A model generated the notes under the pieces. That model ran no database searches, was not told the origin of the DNA, and saw only the letters and a program-made list of their open reading frames with translations. 64,000 nt of DNA from Ranitomeya imitator. Taxonomy: Eukaryota. Below, piece by piece: positions 26,021 through 37,936 of this stretch; positions within the stretch are counted from its first letter, which is position 1, and every line of letters begins with the position of its first letter. Location: positions 204,724,001 through 204,788,000 of the forward strand of contig NC_091288.1 of the NCBI RefSeq assembly GCF_032444005.1. Reading direction: 5' to 3'. The position numbers and the translations under genes are program-made.

Positions 26021-26423
26021 ATCTGCGTCCGTTTCCCCACCGCGGGCCGGCAGCGATGGCCGCACACCCTGTGGTGGGCCCAGATCATTAGGGCCATGCA
26101 TTGGCTGTGCCACCCCGACCACCTCTGGGCAGGTGCCATGTTATACCATTTTGGGCGATGTTTTTCTGCAATTTTGTTTTGCAAAAAATATCCTACGATG
26201 GGAAAGAAAACAATATGAATCATTGGGGTCCGGGAGGCAAGACCCCCAGCGATCAGCAAGTGATCCCCCTTTTGTATGGATAACTTACAAGTCTGAATAA
26301 CCCTTTAATTGCCAGGAGAGAAAAAAATGTAGTTCAACATATTTAACAAATGCAACCTTTATCTTCAGCTGCCTCCATAAAAAAAATACATGGAAAGTGC
26401 CCCCAAAAATCAGAAACTAACGG
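26021..26423. repeat. 405-bp direct repeat, copy 2 (upstream of the ASB8 coding exons)
   Basis: Matches 23208-23612; offset about 2.81 kb. Confidence 0.95.
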
Positions 26424-26671
26424 CGGTAACTCCGCAGCCCTCTGAGCGCTGTCAGATGAAAAATGCCACCTGGTGGAACAGAGTAGTACTGCATACAAAA
26501 ATCTACACTGCCACCAGGTGGAGAAAAGTAATACTGCATACAAAACAACATTGCTACCTGGTGGAGAAAGTACTGCATACAAAAATCAACAGTGCCATCT
26601 GGTGGAGAAAACAAATACTGAGTATAGAAATGAACAGTGCTGCACAATTCCACTACCCCCCCCCCTCGAAA

Positions 26672-26678
26672 ACACACA

Positions 26679-26716
<38 letters not shown>

Positions 26717-27432
26717 TATTACTTCCGCCTTTCTGTCGGCAACTTCCGTAACGGAAATCCCGCATCGCTGATTGGTCTCGCCAGCTGCCTGTCATGGCTG
26801 CCACGACCAATCAGCGACGGGCACGGTCCGATTAGCCCCTCCCCTACTCCCCTGCAGTCACAGTGCCCGCCGTCAGCTCCATACTCCCCGCAGTCACCGC
26901 TCACACAGGGTTAATGCCAGCGGTAACGGACAGCGTTATGCCACGGGTAAGTCATTCCGTTACCGCCGCTATTAACCCTGTGTGACCAAGTTTTTACTAT
27001 TGATGCTGCCTATGCAGCGTCAATAGTAAAAACATCTAATGTTAAAAATAATTTTTAAAAAATCATTATATACTCACCTTTCACGACGCTCCAGTGACCT
27101 CCAGCAGGTTCCGGTGCCAAGGATGGTATGGGAGAAGGACCTGCCGTGACGTCACGCTCATGTGACCGCGCCGTCATCACAGGTCCTGTGCGCCAGCGCG
27201 AGAAGGACCTGCCATGACGTCACGGTCATGTGAACGAACTACAAGGGGCCCTCGGAAGGTGAGTATATGTTTATTTTTTAACCTGTGACATATACGTGGC
27301 TGGGCAATATACTATGTGGGCTGGGCAATATACTATGTGGGCTGGGCAATATACTATGTGGGCTGGGCAATACACTACGTGGACATGCATATTCTAGAAT
27401 ACCGGATGCGTTAGAATCGGGCCACCATCTAG
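26672..27432 (+). mobile_element. Non-autonomous Helitron-like element
   Basis: (TA)n at the 5' end; internal 23-bp tandem repeat (TGTGGGCTGGGCAATATACTATG x4). The 3' end has an imperfect hairpin (CCGGATGCGTTAGAATCGGG) followed by CTAG at 27429-27432 and then T. Confidence 0.7.
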
Positions 27433-28195
27433 TATCTCAATATTTGATGGAGAAAAGTAGTACTGCATACAAGGAAAAAAAAAAAAAAAAAAACACATCA
27501 ACAGTGCCACCTGGTGGAGACAAGTAGTACTGCATTTAAAAAAAAAAAAAAAAAGCATCAGTGCCACCTTGTGGAGAAAAGTAGTACTGCATACAAAAAT
27601 CAACAGTGCTACTTGGTGTAGAAAAGTAGTACTGCATAAAAAAAAGCAGTAGTGCCACCTTGTGGAGAAAAATAGTACTGCATACAAAAAAAAAAAATCA
27701 ACAGTGCCACCTTGCGGAGAAAAGTAGTACTGCATAAAAAAGCAACAGTGCCACTTCGTAGAGCAAAATAGTACTGCATAAAAAAAAAAATCAACAGTGC
27801 CACCTTGCGGAGAAAAGTAGTACTGCATAAAAAAGCAACAGTGCCACTTCGTAGAGCAAAATAGTACTGCATAAAAAAAAAGCAACAGTGCCACCTTGCG
27901 GAGAAAAGTAGTACTGCATAAAAAAGCAACAGTGCCACTTCGTAGAGAAAAATAGTACTGCATAAAAAAAAAGCAAAAGTGCCACCTTGTGGAGAAAAGT
28001 AGTACGGTATACAAAAATAAACAGTGCCACCTGGTGCAGAAAAGTACTGCATGCATAAATCAACAATGCCACCTGGTGGGGTAAAGAAATCAACAGCACT
28101 ACATGGTGGAGATAAGGAATAAGGAGTACTGCATACTGAAATCAACAGTGCCACCTGGTGAAGATAAGGAACAACAGTGCTACTTGGTGGAGTAA

Positions 28196-28909
28196 GGCTG
28201 GTTTCACATTTGCGTTTAAAACGCAAACGCATGTGCTGAAAAAAACGCATGTAAACGCGGTAAAACGCCGCGTTTTTTAGACGCATGCGTTTTTGTATGT
28301 TTTATTACAAACGCGGCGTTTTGACGCGTTTACATGCGCTTTTTCATGCGTTTGCGTTTTTTAAACGCATGATGAGAAGGGTGTAACAGCTGCCAATCAT
28401 CAAAATCAACAAGAAAACCCACTATAAACAGAAAAAGCTAGGGTTAGGGTTTGGATCCCTAACCCTTACCCTAATCCTAAGGGATCTTAACCCTAACCCT
28501 ACCCCTAACCCTAAGGGATCCTAACCCTACCCCTAAGGGATCCTAACCCTAACCTTTAGGGTTAGGATCCCAAGGGTTAGGGATAGGGATAGGGTTAGGA
28601 TCCCTTTATCAATTTTATGGTGTGGGGTGGCTTATCAGTGTTTTTTCTTGTTTTTTTTTTTTTTTTACAAAAACGCATGCGTTTTTAACACAACCAAACG
28701 CATTTGCTTAAAAACGCATGCGTTTACATAGACAGCAATACTACTACATATTGCATTTCTGCAACACAACGCATGCATACAAAAGACGCATGCGGCGGCA
28801 AAACGCATGCAAAAAAACAGATGCGTTTTTAATGTTACGTATAGGGAAAAAAAAGCATGCTTTTTTTGCGCTAAAATGCAGCGACAAAAAACGCAAATGT
28901 GAACCAGCC
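28196..28909. mobile_element. PIF/Harbinger-type MITE rich in GCATGCG motifs
   Basis: TAA duplication at 28193-28195 and 28910-28912. TIR GGCTGGTTTCACATTTGCG / CGCAAATGTGAACCAGCC. Confidence 0.88.
28440..28605. repeat. Telomere-like (CCCTAA/TTAGGG) tract inside the MITE, in both orientations
   Basis: CCCTAACCCTAA and GGGTTAGGG units interspersed with GGATCC. Confidence 0.8.
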
Positions 28910-29425
28910 TAAAGCAGTACTGCGTACAGACATCAATAGTGCCACCTGGTGGCAGAAAGCAGTACAGCATGCAGAAATCAACAGTGCCACCTGTTGGAGA
29001 TAAGGCGTACTGCATAAAGAAATCAACAGTGCCACCTGGTGGAAGAAGTGAGTACTACACACAAATACAAAACTCCACTTTCCAAAAAAAAAAAAAAAAA
29101 AACCTCCAAAACCCTCTGATCATCTCAATATTTTCATTTTTCATAAGTCTTGCCTTTTGCAGCTCACCATTTCAGCTCTCCATGATTACATGTCAACGCC
29201 TCTATTTAACCCATACGAGCCACTTTTTTCCCCTCTTCTCCCAAAAGCAATAACTTTTTTTTCTAAATTCATCTTTAAACATAGCCATATGGGGGACGAG
29301 TTTTAATTTTTAATGACACCATTCAAGTTGCCAAAAAAATGTACTGAAAAATAAAAAATTCCAAGTGAGGTAAAATGTAACAAACACCCCGGCCATTTCT
29401 CCATTGGTTTTTGAAGTTTGCTTAA

Positions 29426-29733
29426 GGCGATGTGCACACGTATTCTGGTCCACTGCAGATTTTTCTGCAGCGGATTTGATAAATCTGCAGGGCAAAAACG
29501 CTGCGTTTTTGCTGCGGATTTACCACGGTTTTTACTGTGGTTTTCCATAGGGGCAGTTGTAAAACCGCTGTGGAATCCGCAGAAAGAATTGACATGCTGC
29601 GGAATGTAAACCGCTGCGTTTCCACGCGTTTTTTTCCGAAGCACTTTTGTTTCCCATAGGTTTACATGGTACTGTAAACTCATGGGAAACTGCTGCGGAT
29701 CCGCAGCGTTTTCCGCGTCGTGTGCACATACCC
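29426..29733. mobile_element. PIF/Harbinger-type MITE
   Basis: TAA|GGCGATGTGCACACG ... CGTGTGCACATACCC|TAA. Confidence 0.8.
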
Positions 29734-30514
29734 TAACGACTTTGCGGTAAGAATGATCTCGGTAACTTTGCTCAGTACGGTTATGGTGACATCAACTTTT
29801 TTTTTTTTTCCAGAGAAAAACAAAAAGGCTTCAGTCCTAACATTATGAGAGCAATCATTACTTTGCTAAAATTTGGTCAGTAGAGTTACATCAAGACTTT
29901 TTTTTTTTTTTTGTGGGACGAGATGTAGATTTTCTCACCATTTTGGGTTCACACGACTTTCTGATGATTTTTTTTTGGTCCATTTCATTTGGGAGGAGAA
30001 ATGACCAGAAAACAACAAATCTGAGGTTTTCAGTTCTCCCCGTTTTGGAGCACAACATATGGAATAATTTTATTAGTTTGGCCAATAAGGGTTTTTGTTT
30101 GTTTTTTTACTTTTTAGATCTCGACATTTTTAGAAAAGAGGATGATTTAAAGTTTTTTGATTTCCTATCACCGTGGCAGCGCCCTCTAGTGTGTGTGCCG
30201 GGCGTTACAGCTGTACTTACATGGCAGAATCTGGGGTCTTCAGTGGACCCCCAGCTGTGAAATAAACAAGAAAAAAAATAATTACAAATAATTGACAGCG
30301 AGGAGAAAGCGTTAATGCGTTCTAATGGGCGATAAATGGTGCAAATCGCAACACAAAAGGTTATTAAGGCACCAACTACACATAACGCGCTACCAGCAGT
30401 GCGGGGAACCATAGAAGCCACCAGAACGTCCCTGCTGTGAGCACCGGGGCTTCTGACCACGACCCCCGGGCCGCTGACGGTCACTCACACCCGCAGGCTC
30501 AGACTGACACTCAC

Positions 30515-30660
30515 CTATAGCAGCACAGCGCTAGCAGGGCGCTGCAGGACGACTGACACTGTGGACACCGCTTCAGCCAATCGGGAGGCTGCACACTGAG
30601 ACTGACAGCCGGGCTAACCAATGAATGGACGAAGACGCGAGTGAGGAAGGCGTGACGTAA
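30515..30660 (-). promoter_or_regulatory. Candidate CpG-rich promoter and non-coding first exon, possibly of ASB8
   Basis: Minus-strand donor TAG|GTGAGT at 30514; two CCAAT boxes (~30577, ~30618) and TGACGT (~30654) upstream. No transcript evidence. Confidence 0.35.
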
Positions 30661-31119
30661 AAACGTGCATAGTCTCTTAACTTTTTTGGTCAAGGCTGAA
30701 CACCGTACGTCGCCATATTTATTATTGGCAATTGTTCGACGCGAATGTAACAGTTCATGCTCTGTAGTGATAGTGTAACTGATGTAAAGCGGAAGTGGCA
30801 TAAAATGCGGCGCAGCTGACAGAACACAATGAATGGTGCTGAAGAAAAGTGAGGCTATTCCCTGTAGCAACCAATCGGCTCACTTCTTTCAATTTCAAGC
30901 TAAGACTAGTATGTAAACTGGATTCTGATTGGTTGCTATGGGTAACAGCTCCATGTTTCTTCTTACCTTACATTTCGTCACGATGGTTTCATAATAGGGA
31001 AAAAGAGATTTCCGGATGAGTCGTCTCTAAGCTGCAACGGTGCATATAGATGTGGGGGGTCTAAGTCTCCTGCTGCCCCCACATATTAGGCGGCAAACTA
31101 TGTGAAGATAAATATGTCC

Positions 31120-31315
31120 GCCACAGTGTTATGGGGGTTCTATATTTGTCACTGTTATGGGGGCTTCCATATATGGGACATTGCTATGGGGGATTCTATA
31201 TCTGGCACATTGTTATGGGCCTTCTATATTTGTCACGCTGTTATGCGGGTTCTATATTTGTCGCACTATTGTGGGGGTTTCTATAATTGGCACATTGTTA
31301 TGGGGGCTTCCTTAT
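31120..31315. repeat. Degenerate minisatellite (TGTTATGGGGGTTCTATATTTG)
   Basis: About 7 imperfect units. Confidence 0.7.
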
Positions 31316-31697
31316 TTGGAGTTTACATGGACACTCGATCTGATATGAACTTTCTGTTGTAAAAACTTACTACAACATAGACATAATGTCCGCATTTAAA
31401 ACTCCTTTCTCTTTCATGTCTTATCTACGGCCCCTTTGCTCCTCACCATGACACGTTGAGTCCTCGTCACATCTTCAGATCGCCGTTTCTCACGCAAGGT
31501 CACTGCATATGCACTTGTGAAGAATCCTCTCAGGCCTCATCAAAGCTGGAAGTCGCGGCCCAGCGTGAAAGGTCAGAGGATCTCAGTGTGAGCGCCCGCT
31601 GCTAATTGGGACAGGAAGCTAGCTCTCGTGGATGAGCGTGTTTGTTGTGCTCCCACAGCAGGCATAGTTTCACCTGGCCCACCTTACCGCTCGCCTT

Positions 31698-31824
31698 CAT
31701 AGAATCATAGAATGGTAGAGTTGGAAGGGGCCTCCAGGGTCATCATGTCCAACCCTCTGCTCAATGCAGGATTTGCTAAACCATCTCAGCCCGATGTCTG
31801 TCCAGCCTCTGTTTGAAGACTTCC
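31698..31824 (-). mobile_element. CR1 LINE 3' end
   Basis: CATAGAATCATAGAAT tail followed by GGTAGAGTTGGAAGGGGCCTCCAGGGTCATC..., typical of CR1 3' UTRs. Confidence 0.75.
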
Positions 31825-31843
31825 CTCTTTTAGGGATTGTTAA

Positions 31844-32444
31844 AGGGAACCCGTCACCCTCAAAATCGAAGATGAGCTAAGCCCACCGGCATCAGGGGCG
31901 TATCTACAGCATTCTGTAATGCTGTAGATAAGCCCCCGATGTATCCTGAAAGATGAGAAAAAGAGGTTAGATTATACTCACCTGGGGGGGGTGGTCCGAT
32001 CTGATGGGCGTCGCGGTCCGGGGCCTCCCATCTTCATAGGATAACGTCCTCTTCTTGTCTTCACGCTGCGGCTCCAGCGCAGGCGTACTTTGTCTGCCCT
32101 GTTGAGGGCAGGACATAGTACTGCAATGCGCAGGCGCCGGGCCTCTCTGATCTTTCCCGACGCCTGCGCACTGCAGTACTTTGCTCTACCCTGAACAGGG
32201 CGGATACAGTACGCCTGTGCCGGAGCCGCAGCGTGAATACAAGAAGAGCTGCATCGATAGGAGGCCCCGGACCGCAACGCCCATCGGACCAAACCGCAGC
32301 GGGACCGCCCTTGGGTGAGTATAATCTGACCTCATCTTTCAGGATACATAGGGGGCTTATCTACAGCATTACAGAATGCTGTAGGTAAGCCCCTGATGCA
32401 GGTGGGTTTAGCTCATCTTCGATTTTGGGGGTGACAGATTCCCT
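31844..32444. mobile_element. T2/Kolobok-type MITE with long inverted arms, inserted in CR1
   Basis: TTAA duplication at 31840-31843 and 32445-32448. Termini AGGGAACCCGTCACC / GGTGACAGATTCCCT. Confidence 0.88.
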
Positions 32445-32448
32445 TTAA

Positions 32449-33270
32449 GGATTGTGCTTTGAGAATCCAAGTTCAAAGTTTCCCATCCTTCCTGGACATT
32501 TTTGTCCTGTAGAGCATCCAGCCATTGGACTCCTTCTATCCTTTCTGCGGCCCTTAAAATGTGCCTCTCTGAAATCCAACCTTGAAATCTGAGCCTTCAC
32601 AGGTCTTCTTCATTTAATTATCCAAAATTCTATGCCAGCATGATCCCTGCCTCCTAGGGTCCCAGGCACCCTTACTTATGCAACAATTTTCTCTTTGTTT
32701 ATAAGGATTCGATCCAAGGTAGCAGATCTCCTTGATTTCTTCTCTACCCTTTGGAAGATAAAGTATTCAGCAAGAGAGGATAAGAATTTGCTGGACCTGT
32801 TACTTTGCCTGAGAGCGATCCGCAATAAATGTCTGGATAGTTGAAATCTCCCATGATCAATACATCATATTTTTTGAGAACTTGATGGATAAAGCGTTCA
32901 TTCCTATCTTCAGTAAGTCGAGGTGGCCTGTAGAAAATGCCTACAATGGTGTCCTTTCCGTTCTCTCCCTGTATTCTTACCCATACAGTTTCCATTGAAC
33001 TCCCAAGTCTCTGAAGCTTCAATCTCTGTGGAGATATACGCTTTTCTAACATACAATGTAACACCTCCTCCCTGTTTATTAAGCCTGTTTTTTGCAAATA
33101 AATTGTATCGTTCTAGCCTTGTATTCCAATCATGTGTATCGTCCTACAAAGTTTGAGTGATGCCAATAACATCATACTGTATCTCTCTTCCTGTGTTAGT
33201 AGCTCCAATTCTCCTTGTTTGTTGCCCATGCTCTGTGCATTTGTATAGTAATATATTAGTTTGTGACCGG
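32449..33270 (-). mobile_element. CR1 ORF2 endonuclease (APE) remnant
   Basis: VGIFYRPP and IMGDFNYPDI motifs, with a YDVIGIT-like region upstream; frameshifted. Confidence 0.85.
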
Positions 33271-34044
33271 TTTCTGAAAAATGAAAACTTTATGGGTCAC
33301 AAAATATGTTGCCCTAAACCCCACAGCCTCTCATGCACAGTATGATGGTTGTCTCCTCAACCCCCTCACATGCTATGATACAGGCCCCCAAAAATGTGAT
33401 GGTGGTCCCCACACAATATGATTGTAGTCCCTACAGCCTCCCACAAAGAAAATGAAGACTCTCACCACACACAGGATGGTGGTGTCCCCACAGCCCACCA
33501 ACAACTTATGATGGATCCCACAGTATAATGTTCTAACACTGCCCTCCTACACAGTATGAAAACCCACAATTTTTCATTCCAGTAATTTCACTTTACGTTC
33601 TTATGAAGCACCTAAAGGGTTAACAAACTTCCTGAAAGCTGTTTTGTATACTTTGTGGGAGCAATTTTTAAAATTATATTCCATCAGTGGAATTTCCAAT
33701 ATATAGGCCCCTCAAAATCACTTCACAAATGATTAGGTTCCTATATACACTTTCAAAATAATAAAAACTTTCTACTAACCTTTTAACCCTTCTGACAAAG
33801 TAAAGAATTATGCTAACATAGTAGAAACAAGGTAAATGTTACTTATTTATTTTTGTCTAGTATAAGTATGTGGTGTGCAGGTATAAGTATTCAGTATAAG
33901 CATTGATTTAAATGTATTACTAACATAAAGTGCAATGTGTCAGGAAAAAAACTCCAATAACTGGGATATGTAGAAAAATTCCAATGTTATTACCACAAAA
34001 AATAACATGTCAGATTTGAAACATTTTGCTAGTTCACTAAGGCG

Positions 34045-35618
34045 TTAAAGTGGTGTCTTTTCACTGTGAGTTCTCTGATGTCTAACAAGTTGTGATTTCT
34101 TAGTAAAACATTTCCCACATTCTGAACATGAAAATGGCTTTTCTCCTGTATGAATTCTTTGATGTGTAACAAGAGATGATTTATCTGTGAAAAATTTCCC
34201 ACATTCTGAGCATGAGAATGGCTTCTCTCCTGTGTGAATTCTCTTATGTCTAACAAGTTGTGATTTCATAGTAAACCATTTCCCACATTCTGAGCATGAA
34301 AATGGCTTCTCTCCTGTGTGAGTTCTCTCATGGGTAACGAGAGATGATTTGTCTGTAAAACATTTCCCACATTCTGAGCAAGAAAAAGGCTTCTCTCCTG
34401 TGTGAGTTCTCTCATGTACAGTAAGAATAGATTTTTTAGTAAAACATTTCTCACATTTTGAACATGGAAATGGCTTCTCTCCCGTGTGATTTTTCTGATG
34501 TGTAACAAGAGATGATTTATCTGTAAAACATTTCTCACATTCTGAGCATGAAAATAGCTTCTCTCCTGTGTGAATACCCTTATGTTTAACAAGATTTGAT
34601 TTATTTGTAAAACATTTCTCACATTCTGAACATGAATATGGCTTCTCTCCTGTGTGAATTTTCTGATGTGTAGCAAGATGTGATTTATCTGTAAAACATT
34701 TTCCACATTCTGAACATAAAAATGGTTTCTCTCCTGTGTGAATTTTCTCATGTAAAAGAAGATGATTTTTCTTAGTAAAACATTTCCCACATTCTGAACA
34801 TGAAAATGGCTTCTCCCCTGTATGAATTCTCTGATGGGTAACAAGATTTGATTTATATGTAAAACATTTCTCACATTCTGAACATGAAAATGTCTTCTCT
34901 TCTTTGTGAATTCTCTGATGTGTAACAAGAATTGATTTATCTGTAAAACATTTCTCACATTCTGGACATGAAAATGGCCTCTCTCCTGTGTGAATTCTTT
35001 CATGTATAATAAGATGAGATTTCTTAGTAAAACATTTCTCACATTCTGAACATTGAAATGGCTTCTCCCCTGTATGTGATCTCTCATGCACAACAAGATT
35101 TGATTTAAATGCAAAACATTTATCACATTCTGAACATGAAAATGGCTTCTCTCCTGTGTGAAGTCTCTCATGTGTAATAAGATGAGATTTGTTAATAAAA
35201 CTTTTCCCACATTCTGAACATGAAAATGGCTTCTCTCCAGTGTGGGATCTCTCATGTAGAACAAGTCTTGATTTGTAAGCAAAACATTTCCCACATTCTG
35301 AACATGATAATGGCTTTACTCCTATGTGAGATCTCCTATGTTCAGCAAGTTTTGATTTATCTGTAAAACATTTCTTAAATTCTGAGCATGAAATTGGCTC
35401 TTTTATTGTGGGGACTCTTTGATCTTCCATATTTCTTCTATGACTTTTATTTTGCTTAACAGTCTGTGATGAAATATGAGAGAGTTCTTTGCTATAAAGA
35501 GCTGAGGGTGTATCTGAAATATTGCCATGATCTTCATATGCATCTTGTTTGATGCTACAATCATCTGCTTTAAAATCTGGATATATCAGATGTCCTTCGG
35601 AGCTGCTGGTATATTCAT
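34045..35618 (-). CDS. C2H2 zinc-finger gene A (XlCGF/XlCOF-like), finger-array exon: 15 intact fingers plus 1 degenerate
   Basis: Open frame with [15 protein letters not shown]...H...H repeats. TTGGCAG acceptor at 35619, phase 1 (G|AT GAA); TAA stop at 34045-34047. Confidence 0.93.
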
Positions 35619-36297
35619 CTGCCAAGAATAAAACTGATTTATTTTTTAACAAAATAAACTTAAAAATGATATTCATCTAAATATGAAAATTAAAAATGTA
35701 AGAAAAAGTAAAAAATTCCATGCAATCTGTAAGGTATGTACAACGTTCTATGAATAACTAATTAAAGTGTAATTTACATGATGTGATGATTGAACAAAGA
35801 ATCAATTGTAATGTTCCTTCCCAATCATTGCCCAGTACAAATGTCAAACGTAAAAAAATAAAGCGTTTATCATTGATCGCATATTTTATAAAGAATAAAA
35901 CTTATTGTCGGCAGTGAATTCCTTCTGAAAATAAAAAATCTGCAATAATAATACATGCATGAGAGAAAGGAAATAAACCATCACTGCTACATAAAAAGAA
36001 AGCTAATAAGCCCAAATCAAGTTCCTATATCATCAATCAGTTATATTCTTCCTGCAGCCGCTCGCTTTCTGTCTTCAGGGGAAATAGAAGGTTGTAGCAA
36101 TCATCCCTCTCTGAGCAGTGATTGTTACAGCTTTCTGCACTGCCTCAAAGACTGGAAGTGGCTACAGAGAAAATATAACTTCATTTTCTCCCCGCAGCAA
36201 CTCTTCCAGTAAAAAGCCGAACATGATTTCAATATTTACCCTCAGATTATCACCATATCTGCAGGGAGTGTTTTTGTTGCCTTCCGGATCTTTTTAA

Positions 36298-37936
36298 GGC
36301 CGGAGTCACACATGCGAGAAACACGTCCGTGTCTCGCATGTGAACAGCAAGCTCTGGCGCTGCCACTTCGGAGCGGAGCGTGCGGCCGCATAGCAACACA
36401 TGGAGCCGCACGCTCCGAAGTGCTGGCGCCAGAGCTTGCTGTACATATGCGAGACACGGACGTGTTTCTCGCATGTGTGACTGCGGCCTAAGGGTCCATT
36501 TACACACGCAGATATTGGCTTGTAACGAGCACTGATTGATGATATGGGAGTATCTTTCTTCTCTCTCCCCACAGAGAATAGATTAATTCTTAGGCTACTT
36601 TCACACATCAGGTTTTTTGCATCAGGCACAATCTGGCAAATTTTTCAAAAAACGGATCCCTTTTTTTTCCGCCGGATCTGTTTTTTTCTCATAGAGTTGT
36701 ATTAGCGCCGGATTTCGCCTGATGGCCTAACGTTTCATCCGTTTTTTGCCGGATCCGACAAAAATTAGTTTTTTTGGTGGACAGAGAAAACGTCCAGAGG
36801 AACTTTTTTTTCTGTCCGGCGGAAAACCGCACAGCGACTGATCCAGCGAAAAACATATGAAATGTGAGGTGAAATGACCGAATCTGGCGACCGTATCTTT
36901 TTTTTTTTTTACACAAATCATTCATTTTCAATTCTGGAATCTCTCTCTCTCTCTCTGTCACAGCATCCCCAGGTTAAAAACAAAAAAAACGTATCCAGCA
37001 GAAAAACGGATCCGTCTAAACAGTTTTTCACTATTTGCAACGGATCCGTTTTTGCTAAAATTAGCCGGATTGTGCCTGAAAGCAAAAAACTGATGCTTTC
37101 ACACTTGCGTCGGAACGGGTCCGTCGCTATGTGTTGGCGTGACGTACTGACGCACGTTGTGAAAATTTGGCATGATGTGGGCAGCGGATGCAGTTTTTCA
37201 ATGCATCCGCTGCCAATTCTAAAGTCCGGGGAGGAAGGGGTGGAGTTTCGGCCGCACATGCGCGGTAAGAAAATGGTGGATCCGACGTACGAAATAATGT
37301 TACATTGAACGTTTTTCCGTGACGACGCTCCGCCAAAACACGATGGATCCAGTGCACGACGGACGCGACGTATGGCCATACGTCGCGATGCGTCAGCGTC
37401 AGCAATACAAGTCTATGGGCAAAAAACGCATCCTTGCGGGCACATTTGCAGGATCCGTTTTTTCCCCAAAACGAAGCATTGCGACGGATGTCACACGACG
37501 CAAGTGTGAAAGTAGCCTAAGGCAACTTTCACACTTGCGTCGGTACGGCACAGTCACAATGCGTCGGCGCGACGTACCGACGTACGTTGTGAAAATTCGC
37601 ACAACGTGGGCAGCGGATGCAGTTTTTCAACACATCCGCTGCTCATTCTAAGTCCGGGGAGGAGGGGGCAGAGTTCCGCCGCGCATGTGCGGTAGGAAAT
37701 GGCGGATGCGACCTATGAAAAAAACGTTACATTGAACGTTTTTTCGTGACGACGGTCCACCAAAACACGAGGCATCCAGTGCACGACGGACGCGACGTAT
37801 GGCCATACGTCGCGATCCGTCGGCAATACAAGTCTATGGGAAAAAACGCATCCTGCGGGCACATTTGCAGGATGCGTTTTTTTCCCAAAATGATGCATTG
37901 CGACGGATCTAAAATGACGCAAGTGTGAAAGAGGCC
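36298..37936. mobile_element. Stack of about five PIF/Harbinger-type MITEs
   Basis: Units at 36298-36488 (TAA TSD), 36492-~36590 (partial), 36593-~37094 fused to ~37095-37517, and 37521-37936. TIR junctions share TAA/TTA trinucleotides. Confidence 0.85.

Larger units (their letters stand above)
26455..29045. repeat. ~43-48-bp tandem satellite (CAGTGCCACCTGGTGGAGAAAAGTAGTACTGCATAAAAAATCAA), about 23 units in three blocks
   Basis: Blocks at ~26455-26645, ~27445-28192 and ~28915-29045, split by a Helitron and a MITE. A dimeric higher-order pattern is visible at ~27690-27970. Confidence 0.9.

Noticed and set aside
23208-26423. LTR retroelement that captured ASB8
   Set aside because: The repeats lack TG...CA ends, a PBS, a PPT and a TSD, and the gene keeps its introns.
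26455-29045. CRISPR-like array
   Set aside because: Eukaryotic context, no unique spacers and no cas genes; it is a head-to-tail satellite. Its 220-aa ORFs are repeat translations.
34266-35294. 342-aa HVQNV-repeat ORF (and 48386-49216)
   Set aside because: Alternative-frame shadow of the C2H2 finger repeats.
36230-36295. Possible extra ZNF exon ending at GAGG|GTAAAT
   Set aside because: No clear acceptor (MITEs abut it), and no homolog seen in gene B.
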